Positions 8,773 to 19,702 are shown, counted from the stretch's first letter. The stretch: DNA of 64,000 bases from an uncultured virus (IMG/VR IMGVR_UViG_3300021431_000009) (IMGVR_UViG_3300021431_000009); one strand, 5' to 3'. A program made the numbers and translations. The notes: generated by a model not told the origin, from the sequence alone.

Positions 8773-10482
8773 ATGGCAAACGTTGGATTATCTATTGTAG
8801 AAGGTGTCGCCAATGGTGCATCAGGCTACAAAAGTCCGTCAAAGAGAAACATTGGATTGCTGGGTCAGTTTATCAGAGGTGCAGCCCTAACACCTATCAA
8901 GATAACTAACCTTGAGGATTTTAATGTTATTTTCGGTGGGCAGAGTTCAAATTTCTACGGGCCTGGTATTGTACGAAGCATCTTCAAGGAAGCCGGAGAC
9001 GCCAAAGTTACCTTGTATCTGGCTCGTGTAGTCGGAACGGGTGCAGTTGTTGCTACGGGAACAGTTGCGACTGGTAACGACACAACTATGTCCGTGAGGG
9101 CAGGCTACAAGGGTTCTGATGACCCCGGTACTTGGGCAAACGGCATCGTTGTTAAGTTGTATTCGTACAGCTCGCTCGTAAAAGACATGTTTACTCTTAC
9201 GGTTACTTACGGTCGTAATGTTGAGACGTACAACTACGGTACTCTCTCAGAGATTCAGGTTGCCGTGAATAAGGTTAGCAAGTACATTACGATTGAGTTC
9301 TCAGGAGAAATCACGAAACTCACGTATGCTGCTATTACGGGTACTATCACCGCTTCTACATCAAGCAATGAGGTCACAGGTGCAGGAACTGCTTTCACTA
9401 CCGACCTTGCAGTAGGAAATGTTCTGTTCGACAATGATGGACATCAGGTAGGTACAGTTGCTAAGATTACCGATGCAACTCACCTCACTCTCACAAGCCG
9501 TGCAATGGTGGCCGTTTCGGGCGCTGCTAAAAAGCGCGTTGATACGGTTTATCAGGTTACTCTTGCCAATGGTGCAGAGGGAACAGTTGTTGAGTCTGAC
9601 TTCTATCCAGTTAAGACAGGTGCTACCCCACAGGGTCTTGCTTGTTTCGAGGGTTACGATGTTCAGATTCTTGCCGTTACAGAGTATCACTCTCTTACAA
9701 TGGCAAAGCAACTCAATGCTTTCCTCAATGAGTGGCAGAATCCTATCGGTGTTATCAATCTCCCGCTTAATGCAGACGAGGGAACTGCTGAGTTGTATGC
9801 TCTTGAGCTGCAAACCAATCAGCGTTCTTTCCTTGCAGGTGCTTACATGGGTTGGGGTAAGGTTCCCGATGAAGAGGGTAACGAGCAGTTGCTCCCAATT
9901 ATCGGTCCTGTCCTCGGTGCAGCTTACCTCCGCACTCCGTATGTGCAGGGTGACTTCATCCATATTCCACCCGGCGGCGAAGATTCTCTCTTTACGAATG
10001 TAACTGAGGTGATTCCTGCAAGACTGTCTCAGGCCACTATCAATAAGTGCGTACAGCAGTTCTCTTGCAATATCATTCAGTACATTGAGAACGTAGGCTA
10101 CTATGTAGGTAGTAGTCGTACTTACTCTACGAATGATTTGTATTGTAGCATCCACATTCGCTTGCAGACTTCTTACTATGTACGCGCTCTCTATGTTCTG
10201 ATGCGCTTCATGGAGCAGAAGGGTAACACCCCAGAGCTGAAGAATCGTGCATTGAAGGAGCTGAATCGTTACTTTAGAAACGAGTACAGCAATGGTGCTT
10301 TGGAGCGTAGTGTACCATTTGATACCGCTTATCAGGGTATCTGCGACCAGAGTAACAATCCTATCGGTCAAGACCGCAAGCTGATTAACGTTGACGTATT
10401 GTGGATTCCTACTGAGTGTGTTGAAAGCATCCGACTCTCTTTGCAGAGAAACGATGGAGTGTTGAACATAACAGAAGCATAA
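8773..10482 (+). CDS. Contractile tail sheath protein
   Basis: 569 aa; VGLSIVEG N-terminus, PIKITNLEDFNVIFGG, C-terminal INVDVLWIPTECVESIRLSL sheath motifs. Confidence 0.9.
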   Translation: MANVGLSIVEGVANGASGYKSPSKRNIGLLGQFIRGAALTPIKITNLEDFNVIFGGQSSNFYGPGIVRSIFKEAGDAKVTLYLARVVGTGAVVATGTVATGNDTTMSVRAGYKGSDDPGTWANGIVVKLYSYSSLVKDMFTLTVTYGRNVETYNYGTLSEIQVAVNKVSKYITIEFSGEITKLTYAAITGTITASTSSNEVTGAGTAFTTDLAVGNVLFDNDGHQVGTVAKITDATHLTLTSRAMVAVSGAAKKRVDTVYQVTLANGAEGTVVESDFYPVKTGATPQGLACFEGYDVQILAVTEYHSLTMAKQLNAFLNEWQNPIGVINLPLNADEGTAELYALELQTNQRSFLAGAYMGWGKVPDEEGNEQLLPIIGPVLGAAYLRTPYVQGDFIHIPPGGEDSLFTNVTEVIPARLSQATINKCVQQFSCNIIQYIENVGYYVGSSRTYSTNDLYCSIHIRLQTSYYVRALYVLMRFMEQKGNTPELKNRALKELNRYFRNEYSNGALERSVPFDTAYQGICDQSNNPIGQDRKLINVDVLWIPTECVESIRLSLQRNDGVLNITEA

Positions 10483-10486
10483 GATT

Positions 10487-10948
10487 ATGGCAAGACCACA
10501 GAAACCACAGGATGTGTATGTAACTAATGGTTGGTATCTCGACATTCCCGTTCCGGGTATCAATACTGACGGTCTTTTTGAGACCCTTGAAGGTGTAGGA
10601 AAGTCTGTTGGAACCGTTGAGGTCGTAGATGCCGGTACAAACCACAAGTACAAGTTCACAGACCAGCTCGTTGACTACAGCGACATGACTTTGACACGTC
10701 CGTATAACGGAAGTGCTGCCGACCGTGCAATGGAGGCCCTCGTAACCACGATGATTGAGACAGGAGTTAAACTTCCTGTTACCGCTATTAAGCTGCATCA
10801 TGGTTCTGAGGTATTCTCGATTCTCTTCGAGGGATTCTCTATTAGTGCAGCAAACTATCCTACAATGGACGTAGGCGGTCAGGACAAATTCACGGTGTCC
10901 TACACTGCTCACTGCGATGGTTGGACTATTCTGCCCGCAGGTTCTTAA
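10487..10948 (+). CDS. Tail tube protein (T4 gp19-like)
   Basis: 153 aa after sheath; FETLEG..YSDMTLTR pattern. Confidence 0.85.
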   Translation: MARPQKPQDVYVTNGWYLDIPVPGINTDGLFETLEGVGKSVGTVEVVDAGTNHKYKFTDQLVDYSDMTLTRPYNGSAADRAMEALVTTMIETGVKLPVTAIKLHHGSEVFSILFEGFSISAANYPTMDVGGQDKFTVSYTAHCDGWTILPAGS

Positions 10949-10980
10949 TCAATAATCATTAACAAACATCAAATCGAATC

Positions 10981-11862
10981 ATGGAAGGATTAAATTTTGA
11001 ATTGCCCGTAGGTCTCAGAATCAACGGTGAAGTTCACAAGGACGTAGAATTGCTCAAGACAAATGGTGTTGCTGAGAAGATTTTCACTAAGAAGCTCGCT
11101 GAAAAGCCTTTTACTTGGCAGGGAAACATTGTATCTGCTGCCGTAAAGAGTATCGGGCCTATTCAGATCGGTGCAGAGGTTCGTAAGAAGTATCTCGAAG
11201 ATGGCGCAGTAACTATACCACAGGCAGTGCTGGCTCTCCCAATTGCGGAGATAAACACACTGCTTGTGGAAATTCATCGCCGTGTATGGGTGTCATTCAT
11301 TCCAAAGCAGGAAATCATCTGCAAGTATTGTGGCCGTAAGTTAATTGCGGACATTGACCTTGACAAGATTGACTATCTCCCAGAGACCAAGGAAATGATG
11401 GAGACCATTACTGATTACGATACTATCGTGGTGGACTTGAAGGATGGTTTTGAACCGCCCGTTATCCCCAAGCTGACAGACAAGGCTGAGTTTGCCGGAA
11501 TTACTGATACGGTGTATAATCGTTTTGTGTTCCGCATCCCCACCTTACAGGATGCAATTCGTCAGGAGAAATATTTTTCTGATAGCATAGGCTTCTGGCG
11601 TAGAATTGCTATGGACTGTCTGCTCTCTATTGAGCGTGTGGAGAATGACGAGGTTGTCGATACTCTTCCCAAAGAGTTCCATACATGGTACGGACTGAAA
11701 ATCTTTAATGAATATTTGATGCAGAAAGACCTGCGAGATATACGCACAGCATTAATCGAGTATTTGCCGACTCTCCCATTTGCCTACTACGAGCCTTGCG
11801 GTTGCGATGAGCAGCGTGAGATTCCCATGACAATGGAGGCCAGCAATTTTTTCTCGGAATGA
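10981..11862 (+). CDS. Tail assembly chaperone (gpG-like position), Cys-containing
   Basis: Between tube and tape measure; CKYCG motif; ends at a T TTT TTC slippery site. Confidence 0.65.
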   Translation: MEGLNFELPVGLRINGEVHKDVELLKTNGVAEKIFTKKLAEKPFTWQGNIVSAAVKSIGPIQIGAEVRKKYLEDGAVTIPQAVLALPIAEINTLLVEIHRRVWVSFIPKQEIICKYCGRKLIADIDLDKIDYLPETKEMMETITDYDTIVVDLKDGFEPPVIPKLTDKAEFAGITDTVYNRFVFRIPTLQDAIRQEKYFSDSIGFWRRIAMDCLLSIERVENDEVVDTLPKEFHTWYGLKIFNEYLMQKDLRDIRTALIEYLPTLPFAYYEPCGCDEQREIPMTMEASNFFSE

Positions 11863-12152
11863 CGTTCAAGTCGGACGAGATTCGACTACTATACAGGGAA
11901 TACCCAATGTTCTGTCTTTGGGCAGCACCAAAGGGTATTCTCTTTCTCCCAAGACAAATTGCAGAGTCTGAGGATGAGTTCGGAGAATACGATTTAACGT
12001 CAAAGTTGTACGTCTTTATGAAGCGTCTCCACCAATCTTATTCGACGGTAATGTTGATGGACGCTGAGGAACGCGATAAGATTTTCAAGATGGAAATGAA
12101 ACTTATCGAAGAAGAACAGAAACAGGCTAAAGAAGCCCAAAACAAAAAATAG
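11859..12152 (+). CDS. Tail assembly chaperone, -1 frameshift extension (gpT-like)
   Basis: In the -1 frame relative to the upstream gene, directly before tape measure. Confidence 0.6.
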   Translation: MTFKSDEIRLLYREYPMFCLWAAPKGILFLPRQIAESEDEFGEYDLTSKLYVFMKRLHQSYSTVMLMDAEERDKIFKMEMKLIEEEQKQAKEAQNKK

Positions 12153-12155
12153 TAT

Positions 12156-14576
12156 ATGGCAAGAAGAGCAACGAGGGGTGACAATGCCCAATTTACATAC
12201 GACTTTGGCATAGCAATTGCGCAAAGTACAGTCAACAAGGTCGCACGTTTAACAGGCGTGACCCTTTCGTTGGCTTCTGCTTATTATGCCCTAAAGACTA
12301 CGGCTACCGAATACGTAGATACTCTTAGGGAGAATACTTTGCGCTTTGGTGGTATGCTCTCTACCATGAAAGCTATGCAGCAGGCACAGGACAGACTCAT
12401 TACGGGTATGTCTCGTTTTGATGTTCGTGACCAGATGAGTGGAATGAATCAGCTTATGGCTGCGGGTGTTGATGTCAAGAAGAATATGGACTGGATTGAA
12501 AAGGCTGCTCATGCTACGGGTAAGAGTTTCGACCAGTTCTCAGGCATGATTGCAAACGCTGTGCAGGGTAACTTGCAGGGCCTTGTTGATGCCGGCTTAA
12601 TGACACAACGCGCTACAAAAGCCTTTGCTAAATTCCAAGGAAACACACGCATGATGCAAGGTGCGGTGATGAATTTCCTACGGAATCATAAAGGTCTTAT
12701 GTCTGCTATCAAGAACGATTTTGTAACGATTGAGGACGGTGTGCGTAGGCTTAAGGCCGTAATGACATCGTTCTTGCAGTCGATTATTGGAAAACCAAAT
12801 GACCCGAATAGTCTTTATGGCTCCGTCGCACGGGTATTCAATATGATTGCGGATAAATTCGGCAAGGATGGTGTGCTCTCTCAGAACATGAAAATGCTTA
12901 GGCAGTATGGTGAGGGAGTAGGCATTGTTATGAGCTGGACTGTCCGTAAGATTGGAGAAGTAATGGTTTGGCTTGGCAGACAGGCTAAGAAGGCTATGAT
13001 GTGGCTTCTTGGTGATAGTGAGACCTTTGCCGAGCGTATGCGCTCCCTTGTTGTATGGCTTGAATTTTGGAAACTCAAGGTAGTTGATATTTTTAAGTCA
13101 GTAACAGGTGCAATCCGTAACTTTTATAAAGAGCACAAGGAACTTATCAAGGTAATTGGTCAGGTATTCCTTGCATATCTTGCATGGGGAGCTGCATGGA
13201 ACATCATTACTAAGGGTACTTTGGCTATTCAAGGTATGGTGTTTGCTTGTAAGGCCCTTAGAAATGCCATTCTTTCAGCAGGTGGTGCTTGGGTTATGTT
13301 CTCTAAGGGAATGACGGTTGCATTATTCAAGAGTGCGGCCAATAGGTCTTTCTTCAGGCTATTTGGTCTTACTCCTTATAAGGTAAATGCTTGGTTCTTG
13401 AACCTTGGTGCAGGTGCAGCATCTGCATTTTCAGCAGGATTCTCTGCGGTTAAAGGGCTTACGCTTGCTACATGGAATGGTATGCTTGCACTTATGCGGA
13501 CAGGATGGACAAAGGCTATCCGATTTATGATGCTGCCTTTCATATTGGCATGGAATGGACTTGTTACGGCTATTGTAAAGTGGTTCAAGTTCTCATATCT
13601 GCTTTGGAATAAGCCAATGGGCGCACTGAAGATGATTGGAAACGGCCTCAAGTTTATCACGGGTCTTTTTGGCAAGTTCTTTAAGTTTATCATAGGCGGA
13701 TTCAGATTCGTGATTAATCTGATTATGAATTTGCCGAAGTTTATCGGGCTTCTCAGGAACGGGATGCAGGCATTGTTTGCATTATTCGGAGTTTCAAATC
13801 CAGTTGGCTGGATAGTTACAGCGATTGCTCTTTTGGGAGTTCTTTATGCAAGGTGCAAGACTATCCGGGTATTTATGAATAACCTATTCAAGTTCCTTTG
13901 GGAGTCAGTAAAGATGGTGTGGAACCTTATCTACGGAGCTTTTGTGTATATTGTGTATGCAATAAAGAAGACATGGCAATGGTTGAAGGAATACATCTTC
14001 TTGCCTATTGCGAACTTCTTCAAGGCTGCGTGGGGTTGGATTAAAGATATGTGGAAGGCATTTATGAACACAGCAGTTGGAAGATTCATTAATGATTACA
14101 TCGTCTCTCCGTTGAAGACGCTGTTTGATTGGATGCTGAAGGCATGGAACTGGATTGTCAAGGCAATGGCTAAGGCAGTTGAATGGATTGCAGGTGCTAA
14201 TAGTGACCTTGCTAAGAACATCAATGCTTTGGCGGCTGAGAATGGGCTTCCACAATTGGCTGTTGCTGGAGGTACTTATGACACCAACGATTCCACCAAC
14301 TATCTTAACCCGAAAAATTGGGGAATCGGAGATATGATGCCTAAAGGTGTAGGTAATGAGCCACAGACACCAAAGAATCCCCTACTTTCTGAGCCATCAG
14401 GCAACTCTGGAAACGGAGGAGGTGGAACTACAAATAATATTTCATTGTCTAATGGAGCTGTTCAGATTATTGTTCCGAAGGGAACTGACATCGACGAGGC
14501 AAGACTTGCTCGAATGGTTCGTGACGAGATACGTAATCTTGACAGAGAAAATAGAATGAGAGGAGGCGATATATGA
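12156..14576 (+). CDS. Tape measure protein
   Basis: 806 aa, helical A/G-rich with Trp/Phe periodic repeats and hydrophobic segments; canonical position. Confidence 0.9.
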   Translation: MARRATRGDNAQFTYDFGIAIAQSTVNKVARLTGVTLSLASAYYALKTTATEYVDTLRENTLRFGGMLSTMKAMQQAQDRLITGMSRFDVRDQMSGMNQLMAAGVDVKKNMDWIEKAAHATGKSFDQFSGMIANAVQGNLQGLVDAGLMTQRATKAFAKFQGNTRMMQGAVMNFLRNHKGLMSAIKNDFVTIEDGVRRLKAVMTSFLQSIIGKPNDPNSLYGSVARVFNMIADKFGKDGVLSQNMKMLRQYGEGVGIVMSWTVRKIGEVMVWLGRQAKKAMMWLLGDSETFAERMRSLVVWLEFWKLKVVDIFKSVTGAIRNFYKEHKELIKVIGQVFLAYLAWGAAWNIITKGTLAIQGMVFACKALRNAILSAGGAWVMFSKGMTVALFKSAANRSFFRLFGLTPYKVNAWFLNLGAGAASAFSAGFSAVKGLTLATWNGMLALMRTGWTKAIRFMMLPFILAWNGLVTAIVKWFKFSYLLWNKPMGALKMIGNGLKFITGLFGKFFKFIIGGFRFVINLIMNLPKFIGLLRNGMQALFALFGVSNPVGWIVTAIALLGVLYARCKTIRVFMNNLFKFLWESVKMVWNLIYGAFVYIVYAIKKTWQWLKEYIFLPIANFFKAAWGWIKDMWKAFMNTAVGRFINDYIVSPLKTLFDWMLKAWNWIVKAMAKAVEWIAGANSDLAKNINALAAENGLPQLAVAGGTYDTNDSTNYLNPKNWGIGDMMPKGVGNEPQTPKNPLLSEPSGNSGNGGGGTTNNISLSNGAVQIIVPKGTDIDEARLARMVRDEIRNLDRENRMRGGDI

Positions 14577-15490
14577 TTGGAGCATTAGGAGCATCCCCTA
14601 TTAGCAGTGTAACTTCTGCGGGTCTTAATTCTTTTGTTTCACTTCTGAGCGCGAAGCCTTCCAAGGCGTTTGGTGCTGAGAGGTGGGCAAGAGCTTATAC
14701 TAAGACTCGTGGAATCATCATAAACAAGGAATTGCTGAAAGACAAGCCCATTGACTTGAATAAGGGTTATCAGTTTCAGTTCAATCCCCAGACTATTGAT
14801 GATGTGAAGACTACTCTCTATGAGCAAAGGGGATATGCAGGTCTTCCATACGTTGACCATGTTTGGAGTGGTGGAGGTGAGAGACTTATTACGTTTGAGC
14901 TTTTCCTTGACAACACACCGCAAAGCCATACCCCTGGGTTTAGACCTACGGAGTATGGTTCCAACCTTTCTGATGATTTGAGTGATGCGAATAAAGAGGG
15001 TTACGGTTATGACGCAAGTGGTCGTCTTACTACTAACGGTAAGAAGAATTATGTGGGTCAGGATTTTGTAGAGAACGTGGTTAGTGTCGGCAAATCCATA
15101 GCTAATCAAGTTACTTCTATTGTGCCCTCTGTAAAGCCATCAGGGTTTAGTTGGGTTAAGAATGGTGCTTACTCACATACGCGCATTAATGAAAGAGGTA
15201 TTCTTCCCGAAGTGGAGTTACTTCAATCATTTCTTTATCCGGCTCCTCTTGTGGGTGAGAGTACACCGAAATTTGCAGAAGGTGGCGTCGTTAGTAACAA
15301 TCAGTTCAGACCCCCTGCAACAGCAGTGTTATGTATTGGGCCTATGTATCTTGAGGGTGTCATAAAGGCTTTGCCGGTCAAATATACTCTCTTTGATGAA
15401 GACCTTACTCCTATTAGAGCAACGGTTAATGTAGAGTTTTCCGTATTTGAGTTTACTGAAGTTACACGATTAATTGAACAGAAGAAATGA
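14573..15490 (+). CDS. Baseplate/tube-initiator protein (CIS tube-like)
   Basis: FQFNPQTI...ITFELFLD...PIRATVNVEF pattern. Confidence 0.7.
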   Translation: MIGALGASPISSVTSAGLNSFVSLLSAKPSKAFGAERWARAYTKTRGIIINKELLKDKPIDLNKGYQFQFNPQTIDDVKTTLYEQRGYAGLPYVDHVWSGGGERLITFELFLDNTPQSHTPGFRPTEYGSNLSDDLSDANKEGYGYDASGRLTTNGKKNYVGQDFVENVVSVGKSIANQVTSIVPSVKPSGFSWVKNGAYSHTRINERGILPEVELLQSFLYPAPLVGESTPKFAEGGVVSNNQFRPPATAVLCIGPMYLEGVIKALPVKYTLFDEDLTPIRATVNVEFSVFEFTEVTRLIEQKK

Positions 15491-15798
15491 TTAGTCCTGC
15501 ATTTTATAATAAGAGAAACGTGGTCGCCGAGTATCTTGACGGCCTTGTTCCTCATTATGCTATTAAAGACCCTTCGGTAACTCTTGAATGGTACGACTAC
15601 ATATTGACGGTTAATGAGACCCTCTATACAGTCGCCGCAAAGATATTCGGTAGGGACCTTGAGTATATGTGGACGTATATTGCCGACAACAATCCCCCTC
15701 GTCATGTGGACGATTGGAACCCCGGTGATATTATCCGACTTCCAAAGGTTATTATTCGTGATTCAGATGTAATAAAACAAAGATTCCAAAATGTTTAG
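15487..15798 (+). CDS. LysM/tail-X-like baseplate protein
   Basis: ETLYTVAAKIFG...WTYIADNN...PGDIIRLP. Confidence 0.8.
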   Translation: MISPAFYNKRNVVAEYLDGLVPHYAIKDPSVTLEWYDYILTVNETLYTVAAKIFGRDLEYMWTYIADNNPPRHVDDWNPGDIIRLPKVIIRDSDVIKQRFQNV

Positions 15799-17110
15799 AC
15801 CACTACAACCAGCATTTAAAATTAGGGTTTTCGATGGTAAGCGAGTTAGCCTTGAAACCCTTAAAGGCACCAATGTCTCAGCAGGTGATAACTACTTAGA
15901 CATTGAGGCCTGTGTTGCGTTTCCAGTCACCTATGAGGAATCTGCTGATTTGCTTACACATTTGAATTTCACGGTTGATAAACACGCGGAGGTTTTACTC
16001 TACTACTTCTTTATAGGCCAATCTATTATCCTTTACGGTGGTTATTATGCAGACAATCAGAGTACAATGCGCCATGTTTTCTCAGGAACGGTAACAAGAA
16101 TACGTACCAGATTCTCTGATGAAGGAAAGGTGTCTTTCACGGTTGAATGTATGAACTACGGGTTCACACGTATGGGTAAGGATGTGAAGAACTTTGTCTA
16201 TCCCGATAAGAAATCTTCACGTTCCTTTGCCCAAAAAGAAACCATGTCCGTTAAGGATATTATTGAGGGAATCGCCAAGGACAATAACTTGCAGGTTGGT
16301 GCAATAGACCTCTCTACTGATGCCCGCAAAGTGAATTTTGATAAGATTTCCGTGCGTTATCAGAAGAATATGACTGATTGGAAATTTCTTACTCAACTCG
16401 CACAGGACTTTGGTTGTAGTGTTTGGATTGCCACTGAGGATGGTATTGACAAGCTCTACTTCATGTCACATGAAAAGGCGTTCAAGAAACAATCGGAGAT
16501 TTCATTCCTATACCCATTAAACGGTGTAATAAAGGATGTTCAGGATTCTGAAATACAGAAGTTTGAAGACCCTGCCTACAATCGTCCACGAATCTTGAAG
16601 GAGGTTAGCGTGGATGAAGATATTTCAGCAGCCTACTCTGTTTCTCGCTCTGCCATGTACTTTGATAAGGAAACGGGTGAATACAAAGAGTCTATTTCTA
16701 AGATTGAAGAGGACAAAGACGGTAATCGTACTATTACTTTCTATGAGCTTGACGAGAGTAGAGTCCAATATGTGCATGAGAATCTTCCAGAGATTGCCGA
16801 TGAAATCCGTGACAGTGAGCCGGCATCCTTACCTTGGGGAACACCAGACAATCCTCGTAACGCATCTTACTATTATGTTGCAGTTAGGCACTATGAGGAG
16901 CATCAGGCTGTCTTTGATAAGGCTTTCTTTGGTATAACCGCAAATGCGCGGTGTAATCAAGATCTGGATATTCACTCACAGAGAACCTATAAGATTAGAG
17001 GCTTACTTAGCTATCATAGCAAAGACCTCACTACTTCTTTCTTCTTGCGTAGTCTGAGACATATATGGGATGTGGATGGTAATTGGACCGAATTAGACTT
17101 TATACGATGA
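15791..17110 (+). CDS. Baseplate hub protein (gpD/late control-like)
   Basis: VFSGTVTRI, YQKNMTDWKFLTQLAQDFG motifs. Confidence 0.75.
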   Translation: MFRPLQPAFKIRVFDGKRVSLETLKGTNVSAGDNYLDIEACVAFPVTYEESADLLTHLNFTVDKHAEVLLYYFFIGQSIILYGGYYADNQSTMRHVFSGTVTRIRTRFSDEGKVSFTVECMNYGFTRMGKDVKNFVYPDKKSSRSFAQKETMSVKDIIEGIAKDNNLQVGAIDLSTDARKVNFDKISVRYQKNMTDWKFLTQLAQDFGCSVWIATEDGIDKLYFMSHEKAFKKQSEISFLYPLNGVIKDVQDSEIQKFEDPAYNRPRILKEVSVDEDISAAYSVSRSAMYFDKETGEYKESISKIEEDKDGNRTITFYELDESRVQYVHENLPEIADEIRDSEPASLPWGTPDNPRNASYYYVAVRHYEEHQAVFDKAFFGITANARCNQDLDIHSQRTYKIRGLLSYHSKDLTTSFFLRSLRHIWDVDGNWTELDFIR

Positions 17111-17529
17111 TAGATTTTGCAAAAATAACAGGCGACGTTGAGGGTCATCGCATTGAGGTGCAGATGCCAACAGGGGAACATTTGTATGCGCCCCTTTTAC
17201 TCATTGGTACAGCCACTACGTTTCCCACTGAGGATTGGATAAAGAGCAACAAGGATAATTTCCTTGCAGTTATTTCTTATGAAGGAAGTCGCTGTTATGA
17301 TTCTATGATTTTAGGGTTTTACCCGGTAAAGGGTGCAGACTCTACTTCATATAACACTACTGATAGAATGTTCAAGATGCTCGTTAAACTTGTTGACCAG
17401 CTATTAAAGGCTAAGACTAATACACAATTAGGCCCACAACCTTTTATGACTGACACGATACAGGTTCTTAATGACATCAAAAAAGAACTGAGCGAAATTG
17501 AAAAATTAATGTTGGACTTTAAAGCGTAA
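17107..17529 (+). CDS. Putative baseplate spike protein (gpV-like)
   Basis: OB-fold-like N-terminus after hub gene; ATGA overlap at 17107. Confidence 0.55.
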   Translation: MIDFAKITGDVEGHRIEVQMPTGEHLYAPLLLIGTATTFPTEDWIKSNKDNFLAVISYEGSRCYDSMILGFYPVKGADSTSYNTTDRMFKMLVKLVDQLLKAKTNTQLGPQPFMTDTIQVLNDIKKELSEIEKLMLDFKA

Positions 17530-17532
17530 TGT

Positions 17533-17811
17533 ATGGCACTTGTAAAAGCAACACTGAAATCCCAAATTGAAAGCGGTTTGAAGGCTATCTATAAAGCCCA
17601 AGCTGCCAAGGCTACTCAGGATGGAGCCGAACAAGAAGACCCCAATGCGGTCATTGATGATATGTGTGATAAGATGGCAAAGGTGTTTTCCGATGCTATT
17701 GATGCTTATATCAAGAGTGGCGACATCTATGTAAAGTCAGCCAACATTGTAGTTACTTCACCACATGGGCCTTGCTCGGTTACTCCGGCATCCCCAGCTA
17801 AAGTTGAATGA
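17533..17811 (+). CDS. Small baseplate-region protein
   Basis: 92 aa; position only. Confidence 0.5.
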   Translation: MALVKATLKSQIESGLKAIYKAQAAKATQDGAEQEDPNAVIDDMCDKMAKVFSDAIDAYIKSGDIYVKSANIVVTSPHGPCSVTPASPAKVE

Positions 17812-18179
17812 TTATGGCAAAAGGATTATCTACCCAATTTAACCTTGTAGAAGGTCGGTTTTTGCTGACTGAGGGAGTTGAAAAAGCACGAGACGGTATC
17901 AGATTTTACACAATTTTTGATAAATTTCGTGTTTATTTGTCGGACTTTGGAGCAAATTTCGTATCTTTGCTCCAGAAACCAGCATCTTACATTCAGGCGA
18001 ATAGTACAATTCTGCTTGGTGTGTATAGAAAAGGGGTTGAAAAGTACGTTCCGAATGTCAAGGTGAACACCATTGATGTGGGTTATCTCGCAGGTGACAG
18101 GAAGACGCACGTGATAAAGGTTGACTACTCCGTAAAGGAGGAAGATAAAACAGAAACGCATGATGTAACATTTGTATAA
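17808..18179 (+). CDS. Baseplate wedge protein, gp25/GPW-like
   Basis: DFGANF...EKYVPNVKV pattern; precedes baseplate J. Confidence 0.7.
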   Translation: MIMAKGLSTQFNLVEGRFLLTEGVEKARDGIRFYTIFDKFRVYLSDFGANFVSLLQKPASYIQANSTILLGVYRKGVEKYVPNVKVNTIDVGYLAGDRKTHVIKVDYSVKEEDKTETHDVTFV

Positions 18180-18181
18180 TT

Positions 18182-19702
18182 ATGGCCACAACGAAAGATT
18201 CTTTATTAAGGTACTTTGCCACCTTGGATGTGAATACACTTGAGCGACTCAAGAGGTATTCATCATTCATTATTATACCCGACGAGGACTTGCTTGTCAA
18301 TGCAACCATGTCTCAGATGATAGAAAAGGCACATGACTTGGCGGATTCATTATTCCCAGAGTGGACTGACAGAAGCAAGTCTGACTTTGGGGAGTTCCTT
18401 GTTGAATTGTTCGCTTTATACAGCGAAAAGGACTTTTGGTACATCAATGCGTTTGCCAATGAGGGAACTTTCCGTAAGATTCGTTCTTACAGCAATGCTT
18501 TCTCCAAGGCATCTACTCTTGGCTATGCTGCTAAGACGTGTAAAGGTGCATCAGCGCAATTCTCAGTTAAGTTTGCTGCGGGTGCTGCCATTACGTATGA
18601 AAGAGGTGAGCTTGTACTTGTCGCCAATGGTAAGGAGTTCAGTAACGACGAGCCGTTTACGGTTGCCACTTCTAATGCAGTAACTACCAAGACACTTACC
18701 TTGCATGAGGGAACTCAGATTGCAGAGGATGCCACATTCAGTGGTTATTGTGTGTTTATTCGTAAGCAAAACGTAGATATTGATAGCCTAAAGGTAAAGA
18801 TTGACAATGTTACCTATACACGAGTACGTAACTTTGGGGAATCAGGACAGGCATCGGCACATTATCTCGTGTTGCCAGAAGAGGATGGTTCATGCTCAAT
18901 CTTCTTCGGTACTAATGGTTTCGGTGCCACTCCAGCTCTCGGTAAGGTCATTCAGTTAGAGTACCGCACTTGTAATGGCTCCGATGGTAACATTGCCAAT
19001 GGTGAATTTGCAGAAGTCAAGGTCAATGATAGCTTGTCAGAGCGCGAGGCCACTTCTGCATCATTACTTGAAGACGCTACGGGCGGAACGTATGCTGAGA
19101 CGCTTACTTCCATAAAGGAAAAGGCCCCAATGTACTTTGCAAATAAGCGTGCAGCTATCAATGAGGCTACTGCGGAGGATATTCTTAATTCTTATGATTT
19201 TGTGGCTAAGAGTGTTGTATATACTCTTGGTAGCAACGTCTATTACAGCGTTATCCCAACATCAGGTGACTTGGAGCCTACTGCTACTGAGAAAACATTC
19301 ATGGTCAATAACTTTGAGCCGAATGTTGTTTTGGGCTTTACGGCTGAATATGCACAGAATGAGTATGTGAACTTCTTGTTCAAAGCCAATCCGTCAGCAA
19401 CAGGAATTTTGCTCGATGTTATTGTACTTTCAGGTTACTCCGCTTCTATCGTTGAGCAGTCAGTTAGACAGGTGATGGAGGACATCACGAATCCTCTTGT
19501 CTATGCTGAATATGGTAAGGGATTCTCAAAGGCAGACGCTGCTGTTCTTATGCAGTCTCGTGTTGCTGGATTGCAGAGTATCAGTTTTAAGATGCTGCTT
19601 GGTAGTGTTGAGGATGTTATTCCCGACTTTGAAATGCAGCCCACTGAAATTCTGAGAAAGATTAGTCAGGAACTTATAACGGTTAGAATAAATGCGGTTT
19701 AG
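18182..19702 (+). CDS. Baseplate wedge protein (baseplate J / T4 gp6-like)
   Basis: PEWTDRSKSDFGEFLVELFA, IFFGTNGFGATP, GGTYAETLTSIKEKAP. Confidence 0.85.
   Translation: MATTKDSLLRYFATLDVNTLERLKRYSSFIIIPDEDLLVNATMSQMIEKAHDLADSLFPEWTDRSKSDFGEFLVELFALYSEKDFWYINAFANEGTFRKIRSYSNAFSKASTLGYAAKTCKGASAQFSVKFAAGAAITYERGELVLVANGKEFSNDEPFTVATSNAVTTKTLTLHEGTQIAEDATFSGYCVFIRKQNVDIDSLKVKIDNVTYTRVRNFGESGQASAHYLVLPEEDGSCSIFFGTNGFGATPALGKVIQLEYRTCNGSDGNIANGEFAEVKVNDSLSEREATSASLLEDATGGTYAETLTSIKEKAPMYFANKRAAINEATAEDILNSYDFVAKSVVYTLGSNVYYSVIPTSGDLEPTATEKTFMVNNFEPNVVLGFTAEYAQNEYVNFLFKANPSATGILLDVIVLSGYSASIVEQSVRQVMEDITNPLVYAEYGKGFSKADAAVLMQSRVAGLQSISFKMLLGSVEDVIPDFEMQPTEILRKISQELITVRINAV

Noticed and set aside
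9361..10659. 432-aa reverse-strand ORF (also 850..1506, 22510..23193 and others)
   Set aside because: Antisense shadows of strongly codon-biased + strand genes; no recognisable motifs and no reverse-strand promoters
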